Shown one piece after another: positions 18,045 to 26,015 of a stretch of DNA of 32,000 nt. How positions within the stretch are numbered: the stretch's first letter is position 1; every line of letters begins with the position of its first letter. Below the pieces are notes generated by a model. That model did not search any database. It was given only the letters and a program-made list of their open reading frames with translations, and was not told the origin of the DNA. The DNA is taken from NCBI RefSeq assembly GCF_000981785.2, contig NZ_CP011304.1, forward strand, positions 1,650,001-1,682,000. The letters run 5' to 3'. The position numbers and the translations under genes are program-made. Source of the stretch: Microcystis aeruginosa NIES-2549. Its GTDB lineage: Bacteria > Cyanobacteriota > Cyanobacteriia > Cyanobacteriales > Microcystaceae.

Positions 18045-18115
18045 ATTTTCAAGTTGGTAGATGGCAATAATATCTGTGGGATGTGTTAATTTTTAACCCA
18101 TCCCACTTTCCCTAT

Positions 18116-18586
18116 CTATACATCCCGAGGATTGAGATGACTCATTTCCCAAGTCACATAGGTACCGATCGGACTCCAAATCAGGTAAGGTAAGAGTAGG
18201 ATGCCCGCCCAAGAAGAAACAGGGAAAACCAAGAGCGCCAGAAGACAACCCAAGAAAAAACCCGTACCTCCGATAATCGTTCCCGCTTTGAGACTGCGTA
18301 GTTTACAGGTGACGGGAGTGTAGGCAGTAATAGTCAATTCCACCAACAGATAAAAAGCCATCAAAAACCAGCGATTAGCCGGTTGAGCTTCCCAGACTAA
18401 ATAAGCAGAAATTGCCCCACAAATATAGATAATTGTCCAGATAAGAGGGATTAATCCTTCAAAGGTTAACCAATCGGGACGACGCAAACGCGCAAACCAA
18501 CGCACATCGCGAGAATTGAGTAATCCCCCAGCTAACGCTACCAAAAATCCGACGACACCGATAAGCAACCAAGAGGGAATCATCAT
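18116..18586 (-). CDS. tspO: TspO/MBR family tryptophan-rich sensory protein
   Basis: 156 aa with five TM segments. WFARLRRPDW, LIWTIIYICGAISAYLVW and Trp-rich loops. Confidence 0.85.
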   Translation of the reverse strand: MMIPSWLLIGVVGFLVALAGGLLNSRDVRWFARLRRPDWLTFEGLIPLIWTIIYICGAISAYLVWEAQPANRWFLMAFYLLVELTITAYTPVTCKLRSLKAGTIIGGTGFFLGCLLALLVFPVSSWAGILLLPYLIWSPIGTYVTWEMSHLNPRDV

Positions 18587-18592
18587 TTTTAG

Positions 18593-18934
18593 CTATCCTC
18601 CGCTAATTTTGGCTTTGTAACCCGATTCTACGAGAATTTGTAGAATCTTTTGGCGATGATCTCCTTGGATCTCAATGGTATTTTCTTTCACTGTACCACC
18701 CGTTCCACAAGCGGTTTTTAACTGTTTTAACAATTTCGTCAGAGTTTCGGTTTGGCATTGAAAACCTGTAACTATGGTAACGGTTTTTCCCGCCCGACCA
18801 GATCGGGAGGTTTGTACTCGCAAATTCTGCTGATTCGGGGGTAATTCGGGAATGGAACGCTCAAAAGCTTGAGAATTGCTTTCATTTCCAAATTCCTGAT
18901 AGGCAATCCGGTTTTTTTCCTTTGATTTACTCAT
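18593..18934 (-). CDS. Translation initiation factor SUI1/YciH family
   Basis: 113 aa. GRAGKTVTIVTGF...LLKQLKTACGTGGTVKENTIEIQGDHRQKILQIL..GYKAK. Confidence 0.85.
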   Translation of the reverse strand: MSKSKEKNRIAYQEFGNESNSQAFERSIPELPPNQQNLRVQTSRSGRAGKTVTIVTGFQCQTETLTKLLKQLKTACGTGGTVKENTIEIQGDHRQKILQILVESGYKAKISGG

Positions 18935-18968
18935 ATAGCAATTATCATACTGGGTTTGGGGGGTTTTT

Positions 18969-19043
18969 CAGTGAGCAGTAAACAGTAAACAGTAATCAGT
19001 GAACTAAAAACTGGCATCTGATAACTGATAACTGATAACTGAT
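18969..19043. repeat. Heptamer cassette: (CAGTRAN)5, a spacer, then (CTGATAA)3.5
   Basis: cagtgag cagtaaa cagtaaa cagtaat cagtgaa, then ctaaaaactggcat, then ctgataa x3 and ctgatt. It abuts the photolyase stop codon at 19044. Confidence 0.85.
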
Positions 19044-20558
19044 TCAAAGCTGACTGCTGATAGCTCTTAATTGGTTGGACTGACAGCGCATTTGATTAAG
19101 TTCAGCTGCCGACATTCGATCGAGATGACCTAAAATCATATTAACTCGACCTTGGGATTTTAGTTTTTCTCGATGTCGTGCCAAAAAATCCCAGTAAAGA
19201 AAGTTAAAAGGACAGGCTAAATCCCCGACTCGTTGATTTTTTTTATACAGACAACCCCGACAATAATCACTCATTTTATCAATATAGTTGGCCGAGGCGG
19301 CGTAGGGTTTGGAGGCGAGAATTCCCCCATCGGCAAATTGTCCCATTCCCAGTACATTAGTCTGCATTACCCAATCGTAGGCATCGATAAAAACACTATG
19401 AAACCAGTTTTCAATCTCTTGGGGAGAGCAACCAAAAATTAAGGCAAAATTGCTCAAAATCATTAATCTTTGAATATGATGAGCATAACCAGTATTTTCC
19501 ACCTGTGATAATACTTGTTTGAGGCAATTCATCTCGGTTTGTTTACTATCCCAAAAGAAAGCTGGTAAGGGTTGTTGATGCTCAAACCAATTACCATTAG
19601 CGTAATCTTCTCCCAAATAATGATAAATTCCCTGCATATATTCCCGCCATCCCAACACCTGACGGATAAATCCTTCGATGCTATTTAGGGCTAAATTATC
19701 TTTTTTATAGGCAATTGCTGCCCCTTGAATCACTTCCAAAGGCGTTAGCAATCCTAGATTCAGATAGGGAGATAGTAGGGAATGCCAGAGGGTTTCTTCT
19801 CCCGTTACCATCGCATCTTGGTATGGTCCAAAGTTGGGCAGACAATTAGTAATAAAATGCTCCAAAACCTGTAAAGCTTGTCTGCGGTTTACTGCCCAGC
19901 GAAAAGGTTTGATTTTTCCATATTTAGGAATATCTAAAGCTTCCACATCAGCGATAACCTGAAGGGTAATTTCATCGGGTTCAAACCAAAGAGGATCAGT
20001 TGTTTTTAATCCATCCTTGGGCGGTTTGCGGTTTTGTTTATCAAAGTTCCATTGTCCTCCTATGGGTTGATTATCCTCGATTAAAATCTGCCATTTTTTG
20101 CGACTTTCTCGATAGAAATCCTCTAGTAATAGTCTTTTACGAGATTTAGCCCAATTATTAAAATCTGTCCTTGTCCAGAGAAAGTGATTATTATCAATTA
20201 TGTTTATAGCACAGTCTAAATTGAGATTTTTAATTAATCTAAGAAAAGGCAAATCATTAGGCATCATGATCTGTAATTCTTTAATGCCTAATCGTTTAAT
20301 CCAAGCAGATAAAATTGGTTCAAAATCTTCAGCAACTTCGTAGGTGACAGACCATCCTAAAGTTTTTAATTCTTCGGCAAAATGACGCATCGCCGACCAG
20401 ATTAAAACTAATTTTTGCTGATGATAGGGTCTTTGTCGAATATGATTGTGGGATTCAATTAAAATAACTGGTGTTTCCTGTGAATAGGCTTGACAATTAG
20501 CTAAGGCCGCTTGTCCTGTCCATAATTGATCCCCTAAAATCCAAATACCAATGGTCAT
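19044..20558 (-). CDS. Cryptochrome/photolyase-family protein, FeS-BCP / PhrB-like (6-4) photolyase type
   Basis: 504 aa of the COG3046-type (MTIGIWILGDQL...). It has the four-Cys pattern expected for the [4Fe-4S] cluster: NCLKQ, then CRGC-x12-C in SDYCRGCLYKKNQRVGDLACPFNFLYWDF. Confidence 0.85.
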   Translation of the reverse strand: MTIGIWILGDQLWTGQAALANCQAYSQETPVILIESHNHIRQRPYHQQKLVLIWSAMRHFAEELKTLGWSVTYEVAEDFEPILSAWIKRLGIKELQIMMPNDLPFLRLIKNLNLDCAINIIDNNHFLWTRTDFNNWAKSRKRLLLEDFYRESRKKWQILIEDNQPIGGQWNFDKQNRKPPKDGLKTTDPLWFEPDEITLQVIADVEALDIPKYGKIKPFRWAVNRRQALQVLEHFITNCLPNFGPYQDAMVTGEETLWHSLLSPYLNLGLLTPLEVIQGAAIAYKKDNLALNSIEGFIRQVLGWREYMQGIYHYLGEDYANGNWFEHQQPLPAFFWDSKQTEMNCLKQVLSQVENTGYAHHIQRLMILSNFALIFGCSPQEIENWFHSVFIDAYDWVMQTNVLGMGQFADGGILASKPYAASANYIDKMSDYCRGCLYKKNQRVGDLACPFNFLYWDFLARHREKLKSQGRVNMILGHLDRMSAAELNQMRCQSNQLRAISSQL

Positions 20559-20560
20559 AA

Positions 20561-20719
20561 TTATCTCATTGCCTCGACTATTCCCCCATATTTTTTAGCC
20601 ATAATATCCGCCATTTCCCGAGCAGAAAATTTACTGGCTTTGTCGATGCTGGGGGTAAATGTCCCCGTAGAGGTTAAATAATGGGTAAATACCCCGACTT
20701 TTTTGCTAATAATCCACAT
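20561..20719 (-). CDS. Hypothetical 52-aa protein immediately upstream of the photolyase gene
   Basis: Hand-found ORF: MWIISKKVGVFTHYLTSTGTFTPSIDKASKFSAREMADIMAKKYGGIVEAMR. Its stop at 20563-20561 lies 2 nt before the photolyase ATG at 20558. Confidence 0.35.
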   Translation of the reverse strand: MWIISKKVGVFTHYLTSTGTFTPSIDKASKFSAREMADIMAKKYGGIVEAMR

Positions 20720-20753
20720 ATTTCTTGAAGTCAAAAATCAAAAAGGGGATGGT

Positions 20754-20930
20754 AATTATGAATTATGAATTAGGAATTATGAATTGGGGAAGTAGGGAGT
20801 GGGGTGTGGGGAGATTTTTTTCAGTGTTCAGTAAACAGTAAACAGTGAACTTAAAACTCAAGTCTGATAACTGATAACTGATAACTGATAACTGATAACT
20901 GATAACTGATAACTGATAACTGATAACTGA
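20754..20930. repeat. Composite heptamer cassette ending in (CTGATAA)9.5
   Basis: aattatg-type units at 20754-20784; G-rich ggggaagtagggagtggggtgtggggag; cagtaaa-type units from about 20821; and (ctgataa) x9 plus ctga at 20864-20930, directly abutting the stop codon at 20931. Confidence 0.9.
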
Positions 20931-22064
20931 TTAGGTTTTTGTCCTGAGACTTTGAGCGCTTAGATAAAGTTGCGTCCATTCTTTGACCACTTGTGTGCGT
21001 TTACAGTTTAATTCGCCAGCGATTTCCTCAAGGGTTTTACCCGCTTTTAAGCCATCGATAACGCTTTTACCCGTGGGAGAAAGGGCAGCATAGAAACTTT
21101 GCCATTGACTGAGAGTTAAGCCAAAATTATGCTCTTTGGGGCTGATTTGTAACCATTCACTGATTAATCCTGTCTCTTCCTTGAGGGCAAAAACCTTAAT
21201 CGCATGATAGCCAACTTTTTCCCGGAGACGATAAATCCGTTGGACGGGAATATTCATGGCCTTTGCGATCGCATCTTGGTTTTCGCCCCCTAGATAGAGG
21301 TTAAACCAAGTCACCGCCTCCGGACTAACATTTTCCTCTAGATACCTAGCAAAACTCTCCTGAACTTTTACCCGGAGAATTTGCGCTTCTTGGGAAGTGC
21401 GTTGATCTTCGTAGGTAGCGATCGCATTTTGATCCAGTAAACTTAAGTTATTTTCCCCCTCATCGCCACTAATTTCATCGGAGAGAATCCGGATCATTTC
21501 TTGCCGCGGCACATTAGTGATACCGCTTCTCGATTGACGACGGAGATAATTAACAAAACGATAGGCTAACAGGGGTTGATTGCGGATCGGACGCAGGGCG
21601 TATTCCTCTAGGGTGGCTAACAGCAGCTGATTGCGAGTAGCTTGATCGTTGGTACAACGAGCGATCCATGTTAACTGGGATTGCAGATAGCGATCGCTAT
21701 TTAACATTTCTTGAATAATTTCTTGCAAGACATCGGCCACCGCTTGCTGACGATCGCGACTTAAGGAAACCCAAGTGCGAATTTTTTGCCGGAGAGTGAC
21801 ACAAGCACCGAGACGATCAATCAGGTTACGATAGGCGCGGGTGGGACTAACTTTCAGATAGCGTTGCCGCAGAATTTGCCAAAGATAGACTAATCCCCGT
21901 TTAGCGATTTCTAAATCTCTCTGGTCCAAAGTTTCCCAACGTTGGCTATCTTCACCGAGCAACCAATTGATAATGGTATCCCGTTGGCGCTCGGTTAAGG
22001 AATCCTCTGTTTGAGAGAGGCGATCTTGCCATTGTTGCCTTAACTCGTCGATTATTGTCGTCAT
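20931..22064 (-). CDS. HetZ-related regulatory protein (two C-terminal HTH-like segments)
   Basis: ATG 22064 (MTTIIDELRQQW) is preferred to the TTG at 22082. The C-terminal half has QDAIAKAMNIPVQRIYRLREKVGYHAIKVFAL and KTLEEIAGELNCKRTQVVKEWTQLY, separated by LISEWLQ...GLTLSQWQ. This matches my recollection of HetZ architecture. Confidence 0.5.
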   Translation of the reverse strand: MTTIIDELRQQWQDRLSQTEDSLTERQRDTIINWLLGEDSQRWETLDQRDLEIAKRGLVYLWQILRQRYLKVSPTRAYRNLIDRLGACVTLRQKIRTWVSLSRDRQQAVADVLQEIIQEMLNSDRYLQSQLTWIARCTNDQATRNQLLLATLEEYALRPIRNQPLLAYRFVNYLRRQSRSGITNVPRQEMIRILSDEISGDEGENNLSLLDQNAIATYEDQRTSQEAQILRVKVQESFARYLEENVSPEAVTWFNLYLGGENQDAIAKAMNIPVQRIYRLREKVGYHAIKVFALKEETGLISEWLQISPKEHNFGLTLSQWQSFYAALSPTGKSVIDGLKAGKTLEEIAGELNCKRTQVVKEWTQLYLSAQSLRTKT

Positions 22065-22082
22065 CGAAAAATTGATTCCCAA

Positions 22083-22198
22083 ACCCCGTCTTTTTAGGAC
22101 GGCTTTAGTTTAAATACTAGCGCATTTACACGGTGTATGCTAAAACCTGAGCCATGGAGAAAGCCTATCGCTACCGATTTTACCCAACACCCGACTAG
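22083..22198 (+). mobile_element. Solo left end plus the first 14 codons of a second IS200/IS605 tnpB element (remnant)
   Basis: Hairpin ccgtc-ttttta-gacgg (22086-22102), then ctttag...catttaca, parallels the left end of the intact element. ATG 22154 gives MEKAYRYRFYPTPD followed by TAG (22196-22198), compared with MEKAYSYRFYPTPEQ in the intact copy. Confidence 0.75.
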
Positions 22199-22258
22199 AA
22201 CGAACTAATCAATTAAGTCTTTTGCCAGATAAGGATTTAGGGCGATTGCATCCCTGCC

Positions 22259-22323
22259 TAGGGTGTCTTCCCTGAAAACATGACAATTTCAAGGTTAACC
22301 AATATTTGGGAACGCACCACCCC
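22259..22323. repeat. 65-bp hairpin element, copy A (imperfect arms)
   Basis: tagggtgtcttccc ... atttgggaacgcaccaccc. The arms are inverted repeats with 2 mismatches. Confidence 0.65.
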
Positions 22324-22329
22324 TACCAT

Positions 22330-22551
22330 TTATAATTGGGGAACATTTTCCTGTTCATAATTTTCTATTAATATTCCCAAAATTTCCATTAAAGAAGCAA
22401 GAGGATGATTTTCATTTTCTCCTATTTCATCTATCAAATTATCTAACATAATTACTAATTGTTCATATTCTGATTCGCTACGGGGTATAAAGAGTATTGG
22501 CTTTAAGTTTGTCCAGGCTTGCCGTGTTTTCTCTAGATCTATCGTCGGCAT
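22330..22551 (-). CDS. HigA-type antitoxin, N-terminal domain only (no HTH domain; probable remnant)
   Basis: 73 aa. SESEYEQLVIMLDNLIDEIGENENHPLASLMEILGILIENYEQENVP parallels the N-terminal part of E. coli-type HigA (..EEQYTQALELVDHLL..DPENPLLDLV..I..WEE). The expected C-terminal HTH is absent, and no higB-like ORF lies upstream. Confidence 0.5.
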   Translation of the reverse strand: MPTIDLEKTRQAWTNLKPILFIPRSESEYEQLVIMLDNLIDEIGENENHPLASLMEILGILIENYEQENVPQL

Positions 22552-22597
22552 TTTTTTACTCCTTCCATTTATTTTTGTCCTATTCAGAATGAGCCTG

Positions 22598-22661
22598 TAG
22601 GGTGCGTTCCCTCAAACCATTGTGGCTTTAACATTAATTTGTATTTGGGAACGCACCACCG
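22598..22661. repeat. 65-bp hairpin element, copy B (11-bp perfect arms)
   Basis: ggtgcgttccc (22601-22611) and gggaacgcacc (22647-22657). Same orientation and end sequences as copy A. Confidence 0.7.
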
Positions 22662-22864
22662 CCAACGCTTACTCCCTATTGGGTTTCACTATCATTCAAC
22701 CCAACCCACAATTGAAGGGTGATTATTCTTTTAATTGTCAGCATCAGGATTTTCAGGCTTGGGGGACTTTCAGGATGGTTTAGTTGAGCGCTGTGATTGA
22801 TTTGCTGCTCAAAACCTAGGGCTATAGGTGAGAATTTTATTAATCAGTCCCGAAAATATTCCCG

Positions 22865-23974
22865 TTAATTAGCCTTAACTTTCTGCCCGATTGTATCGGC
22901 AGTGGTAGTAGAAACCATGGCCGCCATAACTTGTTCGGGGGAAACCGTAAAAGGTAAACGATGAATGTCCGAATTAGGCTGACAGGCAATTGCGGCCGCG
23001 TGGCGCAACTGGGCAAGAGAAACATCTCTTAATCCTAAATCCTCTAGGGATTTCGGTAAACCAATTTGTTCATAAAATTGGATTAGTTGCCCCCGGGCCG
23101 ATACTGCTAATTGATTACCCAAAACTATTTCTTCTAGACGCAATTGGGCGAGAATGCCGTAGGCGACTTTTTCCCCGTGGAGCGCGTGATGGCAAGCGGG
23201 AATATGGGTTAAACCATTATGAATTGCATGGGCGGCCACGGTACGACAATTAGCACCCCCTAAACCACCAATTACTCCGGCTAATAAAACGGTGGCATCT
23301 ACCACCTGTTTCCAGTCCTCCCCGCCGATATTTTCCAGAGCTGCCGGGGATTTTTGGAAAAGGATATCCCGCAAAACCCGGGCCTGTTGGACAGCGGCAA
23401 TGATCAGGGTTTCTGTGGAATGACCGCTACTGACGGAAGCTTCGTACCATTTAGCGATCGCATCGCCAATACCAGCGATTAAGGTTCTTTTCGGGGCAGT
23501 TTGGATAATACCGTAATCGAGAATTAATAAATCCGGGCAACGGGCTAGGGACAGATCGTAAAGAAACGCCCCCGCATCGGAATAGACGTTAGATAGGGCT
23601 GTCCAAGCGGCACAGGTAGCGGCGGAGGTGGGAATCGTGGCGATCGGCAAATGGCACTGATGGGCGAGTAATTTGGCCGTATCGAGGGCTTTGCCGCCAC
23701 CCACACCGATGATAAAATCTGCCTCATGACTCTTGACAGATGCCTTTAAATATGCTAGGGAATTTTCCGAACAATCGGGGGCATAACTGTGATAGCTAGG
23801 AGTGAGATTTTTCAGGGGAGATGACAAAAAAGCTAAATTGCGATCGCCGCCCACCACCAGGGGACGTTTACCCAAATCCGCTAACTTGCCGGTGGATTCT
23901 TCTAGGGCATTGTCACCCCGAATCACTTGTGCGGGGGCGATTAACAGGGGCAAAACAGCGACAGCATTGGACAT
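22865..23974 (-). CDS. Iron-containing alcohol dehydrogenase family protein (glycerol dehydrogenase-like)
   Basis: 369 aa. DFIIGVGGGKALDTAK, ATIPTSAATCAAW and the His cluster HAIHNGLTH...HGEKVAYG. Confidence 0.8.
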   Translation of the reverse strand: MSNAVAVLPLLIAPAQVIRGDNALEESTGKLADLGKRPLVVGGDRNLAFLSSPLKNLTPSYHSYAPDCSENSLAYLKASVKSHEADFIIGVGGGKALDTAKLLAHQCHLPIATIPTSAATCAAWTALSNVYSDAGAFLYDLSLARCPDLLILDYGIIQTAPKRTLIAGIGDAIAKWYEASVSSGHSTETLIIAAVQQARVLRDILFQKSPAALENIGGEDWKQVVDATVLLAGVIGGLGGANCRTVAAHAIHNGLTHIPACHHALHGEKVAYGILAQLRLEEIVLGNQLAVSARGQLIQFYEQIGLPKSLEDLGLRDVSLAQLRHAAAIACQPNSDIHRLPFTVSPEQVMAAMVSTTTADTIGQKVKAN

Positions 23975-23993
23975 TTTTTGACAACCTCAAGGA

Positions 23994-24506
23994 TTATTGG
24001 CTAATTTTAGCGAAACTTTCGGGAAAAAGCTGTAGTTCAGGTGTATTATCCCCCGGGGCGGAGAAGGATTTTTTAATCTGTCCCAAGTACAAAGGAGCAG
24101 ATAAACCGGGCTGAGGATGAACGAGAGTGCGAGCGCTAATGATAAATTGATTATTACCGCCAGCACCGGCGCGACCGGAGGAAAACAAGTCACTAGCGGC
24201 TTGTTTTAGGGTTGCTTCCACTTGCTCGGCAGTAACAGTATTGGGCAGGGAGATAACAGCTTGATTAGCTCCGTTATCATAGACAAGGGAGAATCTCACC
24301 GCTCCCGGAATTTCGGTACGGGTAAACAGTCCCAACCCAAGACCGAAAATCCCGACCGTCAACACGGCCATAAAGCTAGTGACGCCGACGAGACGAAAGC
24401 GGATTCCCCAACCGACGAGAAAAGCGATAATCGTAAGTACCAAAAAAACCAGCGTGGCAATACCAGACCATTGGGTGTATTTGGCGAAGTTCAGGGGAAT
24501 GTCCAT
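23994..24506 (-). CDS. ycf51: Ycf51-like (DUF2518) membrane protein
   Basis: ATG 24506 gives 170 aa: MDIPLNFAKYTQWSGIATLVFLVLTIIAFLVGWGIRFRLVGVTSFMAVLTVGIFGLGLGLF...LVYDNGANQAVISLP. The track extension to 24707 is antisense to queE. Confidence 0.65.
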   Translation of the reverse strand: MDIPLNFAKYTQWSGIATLVFLVLTIIAFLVGWGIRFRLVGVTSFMAVLTVGIFGLGLGLFTRTEIPGAVRFSLVYDNGANQAVISLPNTVTAEQVEATLKQAASDLFSSGRAGAGGNNQFIISARTLVHPQPGLSAPLYLGQIKKSFSAPGDNTPELQLFPESFAKISQ

Positions 24507-24527
24507 ATTTTCTATAATACTAATTCT

Positions 24528-25145
24528 ATGAAAACGGTTAGCATAAACCATTGTACCTATCCTGTGGTCGAAACTTTCCATTCCGTGCAGGGCGAAGGCT
24601 TTTGGACGGGAAGCAATGCTTTTTTCCTCCGTTTGGGAGGTTGCGATGTCTATTGCCCTTGGTGCGACCAAAAAGAGTCTTGGAATGCCCACCGTTATCC
24701 CCAACAATCCCTAGGGGAATTGGTTGAGATGGCAAAAGGGGCTAACCCCGCTATGGTGGTGATTACCGGGGGTGAACCTTTAATGCACAATCTTGATCCT
24801 TTGACCAAGGAATTAAAAAATCAGGGTTTACGGGTACATTTAGAAACTTCTGGCGCTCATCCTTTTACTGGGGTTTTCGATTGGGTGACTTTTTCTCCTA
24901 AAACCTATAAAATGCCCGATCCTACTATTTATGCACGGGTAAATGAGTTAAAAATTGTCGTGGCTAATCCAGAGGATTTAGACTGGGCAGCTATGCAGGA
25001 AAGTAAGTTATCGGAAGGGGTGATTAAATATCTACAACCTGAATGGAATAAAGTAGAAAGCAAAGAGTTAGTCTTTAATTATGTTCTCCAGCATCCCCAA
25101 TGGCGCCTCAGTCTCCAAACCCATAAGTTTTTAGGTGTCCGCTAG
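24528..25145 (+). CDS. queE: 7-carboxy-7-deazaguanine synthase (radical SAM)
   Basis: ATG 24528 gives 205 aa: YPVVETFHSVQGEGFWTGSNAFFLRLGGCDVYCPWCDQKESW, VVITGGEPL, LETSG. The upstream 102 codons of the track ORF are antisense to ycf51 and low-complexity. Confidence 0.85.
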   Translation: MKTVSINHCTYPVVETFHSVQGEGFWTGSNAFFLRLGGCDVYCPWCDQKESWNAHRYPQQSLGELVEMAKGANPAMVVITGGEPLMHNLDPLTKELKNQGLRVHLETSGAHPFTGVFDWVTFSPKTYKMPDPTIYARVNELKIVVANPEDLDWAAMQESKLSEGVIKYLQPEWNKVESKELVFNYVLQHPQWRLSLQTHKFLGVR

Positions 25146-25302
25146 TCAGTTATCAGTTATCAGTTATCAGCTTTTTTCTCCTGCTCCCATATCCCCCCGC
25201 AACGCGCACGAAGTGGTCTCCCCCCGCAACGGCTCGACTGAGCATCGCCGAACGTCGCGCATGAAGTGGTCTCCCCATCTCCCCAATTCATGATTCATAA
25301 TT
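25146..25302. repeat. Composite spacer: (TCAGTTA)3.5, a GC-rich duplicated motif, then a C-rich plus AATTCAT tail
   Basis: tcagttatcagttatcagttatcag starts right after the queE TAG. tccccccgcaacg occurs twice (25192, 25219) and gcgcaYgaagtggtctcccc occurs twice (25205, 25257). These are followed by ctccccatctccccaattcatgattcataatt. Confidence 0.85.
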
Positions 25303-25338
25303 CCCAAACCCTAATTTACTAACAAGAGGTTAAATACT

Positions 25339-25656
25339 ATGTCTAACAACAATTCTGAACGAGTAGTGCGTCGTGGTCGAGTTTTTCCGGAGATTCAATC
25401 TACAGAGGAAGAAAAGGCCAAACATCGCGCCCGACAATTAGAATTTTATCATCGTTGTTGGCCGATTTTTCAGAGTTTACAGCCCCGGTTAATGAAACAT
25501 TATTATGGTTGGTACATTGCGATCGAACCCGATAGCGGCGATTATTTTATCGATCCCGACAAAGAAGTGGCCAGTAAAAAAGCCAGGGCAAAATATCCCG
25601 ACAAAATCCATCATATCTTTGGAATTAATGAAACTGGAGTTAGTGGCAGAATATGA
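25339..25656 (+). CDS. Hypothetical 105-aa protein, partner of the retropepsin-like protease
   Basis: Basic N-terminus RVVRRGRVF, then YYGWYIAIEPDSGDYFIDPDKEVASKKARAKYP. The stop overlaps the next start (ATGA at 25653-25656). Confidence 0.6.
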   Translation: MSNNNSERVVRRGRVFPEIQSTEEEKAKHRARQLEFYHRCWPIFQSLQPRLMKHYYGWYIAIEPDSGDYFIDPDKEVASKKARAKYPDKIHHIFGINETGVSGRI

Positions 25657-26015
25657 TTGAAGGGAGATTTGGAGAAAATGGTCAAATTTATTTTGATATC
25701 GATTTAGTCAGCCCTAATGGTCTGGTGTTACCTGTAGAAGCTATGCTAGATACTGGTTTCACGGAGTTTTGTGTTATGAATGACCAAGATGCTCGCAGTC
25801 TTGAATGGCCATTTTTAAACCAAGATAAGTTACGCACCGCTCAAGGAGAAGCATTTTTTGATATATATTTAGGCAGAGTAAGAATTGATGGTCAGGAATA
25901 CGAAATTCCCGTCTTTGCAGGGGAGGCAATTCAGGAGATTTTGTTAGGTTCGCGGTGGCTAAAACAATTTATCTTAGTAGCTAATTATCAACAAGCACAG
26001 GTGACATTAGGATAA
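25653..26015 (+). CDS. Retropepsin-like (clan AA) aspartic protease, single lobe
   Basis: 120 aa with [10 protein letters not shown] (the DTG catalytic motif) and a late ILLGSRWL motif. The stop TAA shares a base with the queC ATG (TAATG at 26013-26017). Confidence 0.7.
   Translation: MIEGRFGENGQIYFDIDLVSPNGLVLPVEAMLDTGFTEFCVMNDQDARSLEWPFLNQDKLRTAQGEAFFDIYLGRVRIDGQEYEIPVFAGEAIQEILLGSRWLKQFILVANYQQAQVTLG

Noticed and set aside
20864-20930. Regular short repeats that might be mistaken for a CRISPR array
   Set aside because: These are perfect 7-nt tandem units with no spacers. This is a microsatellite or STRR-type array, not CRISPR.
22552-22860. Searched for a degraded higB toxin upstream of the higA fragment
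   Set aside because: All three minus-strand frames are broken by stops within about 20 codons, with no RelE/HigB-like motifs. Only small hairpins are seen (ttgggtt...aacccaa, ttgagc...gctcaa).
24222-24527. 102-codon N-terminal extension of queE in the track ORF
   Set aside because: The extension is low-complexity, antisense to the ycf51 membrane protein, and absent from QueE architecture. ATG 24528 immediately precedes the conserved QueE N-terminus.
24507-24707. 67-codon N-terminal extension of ycf51 in the track ORF
   Set aside because: It is antisense to the conserved radical-SAM core of queE. MDIPLNF at 24506 fits the family N-terminus.
25277-25338. Possible preQ1 riboswitch ahead of the orf105-protease-queC unit
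   Set aside because: There is no G-rich 5' stem paired to a C-rich strand followed by the A-rich tail. Only ...cccaaaccctaatttactaacaagagg is present, with no hairpin.
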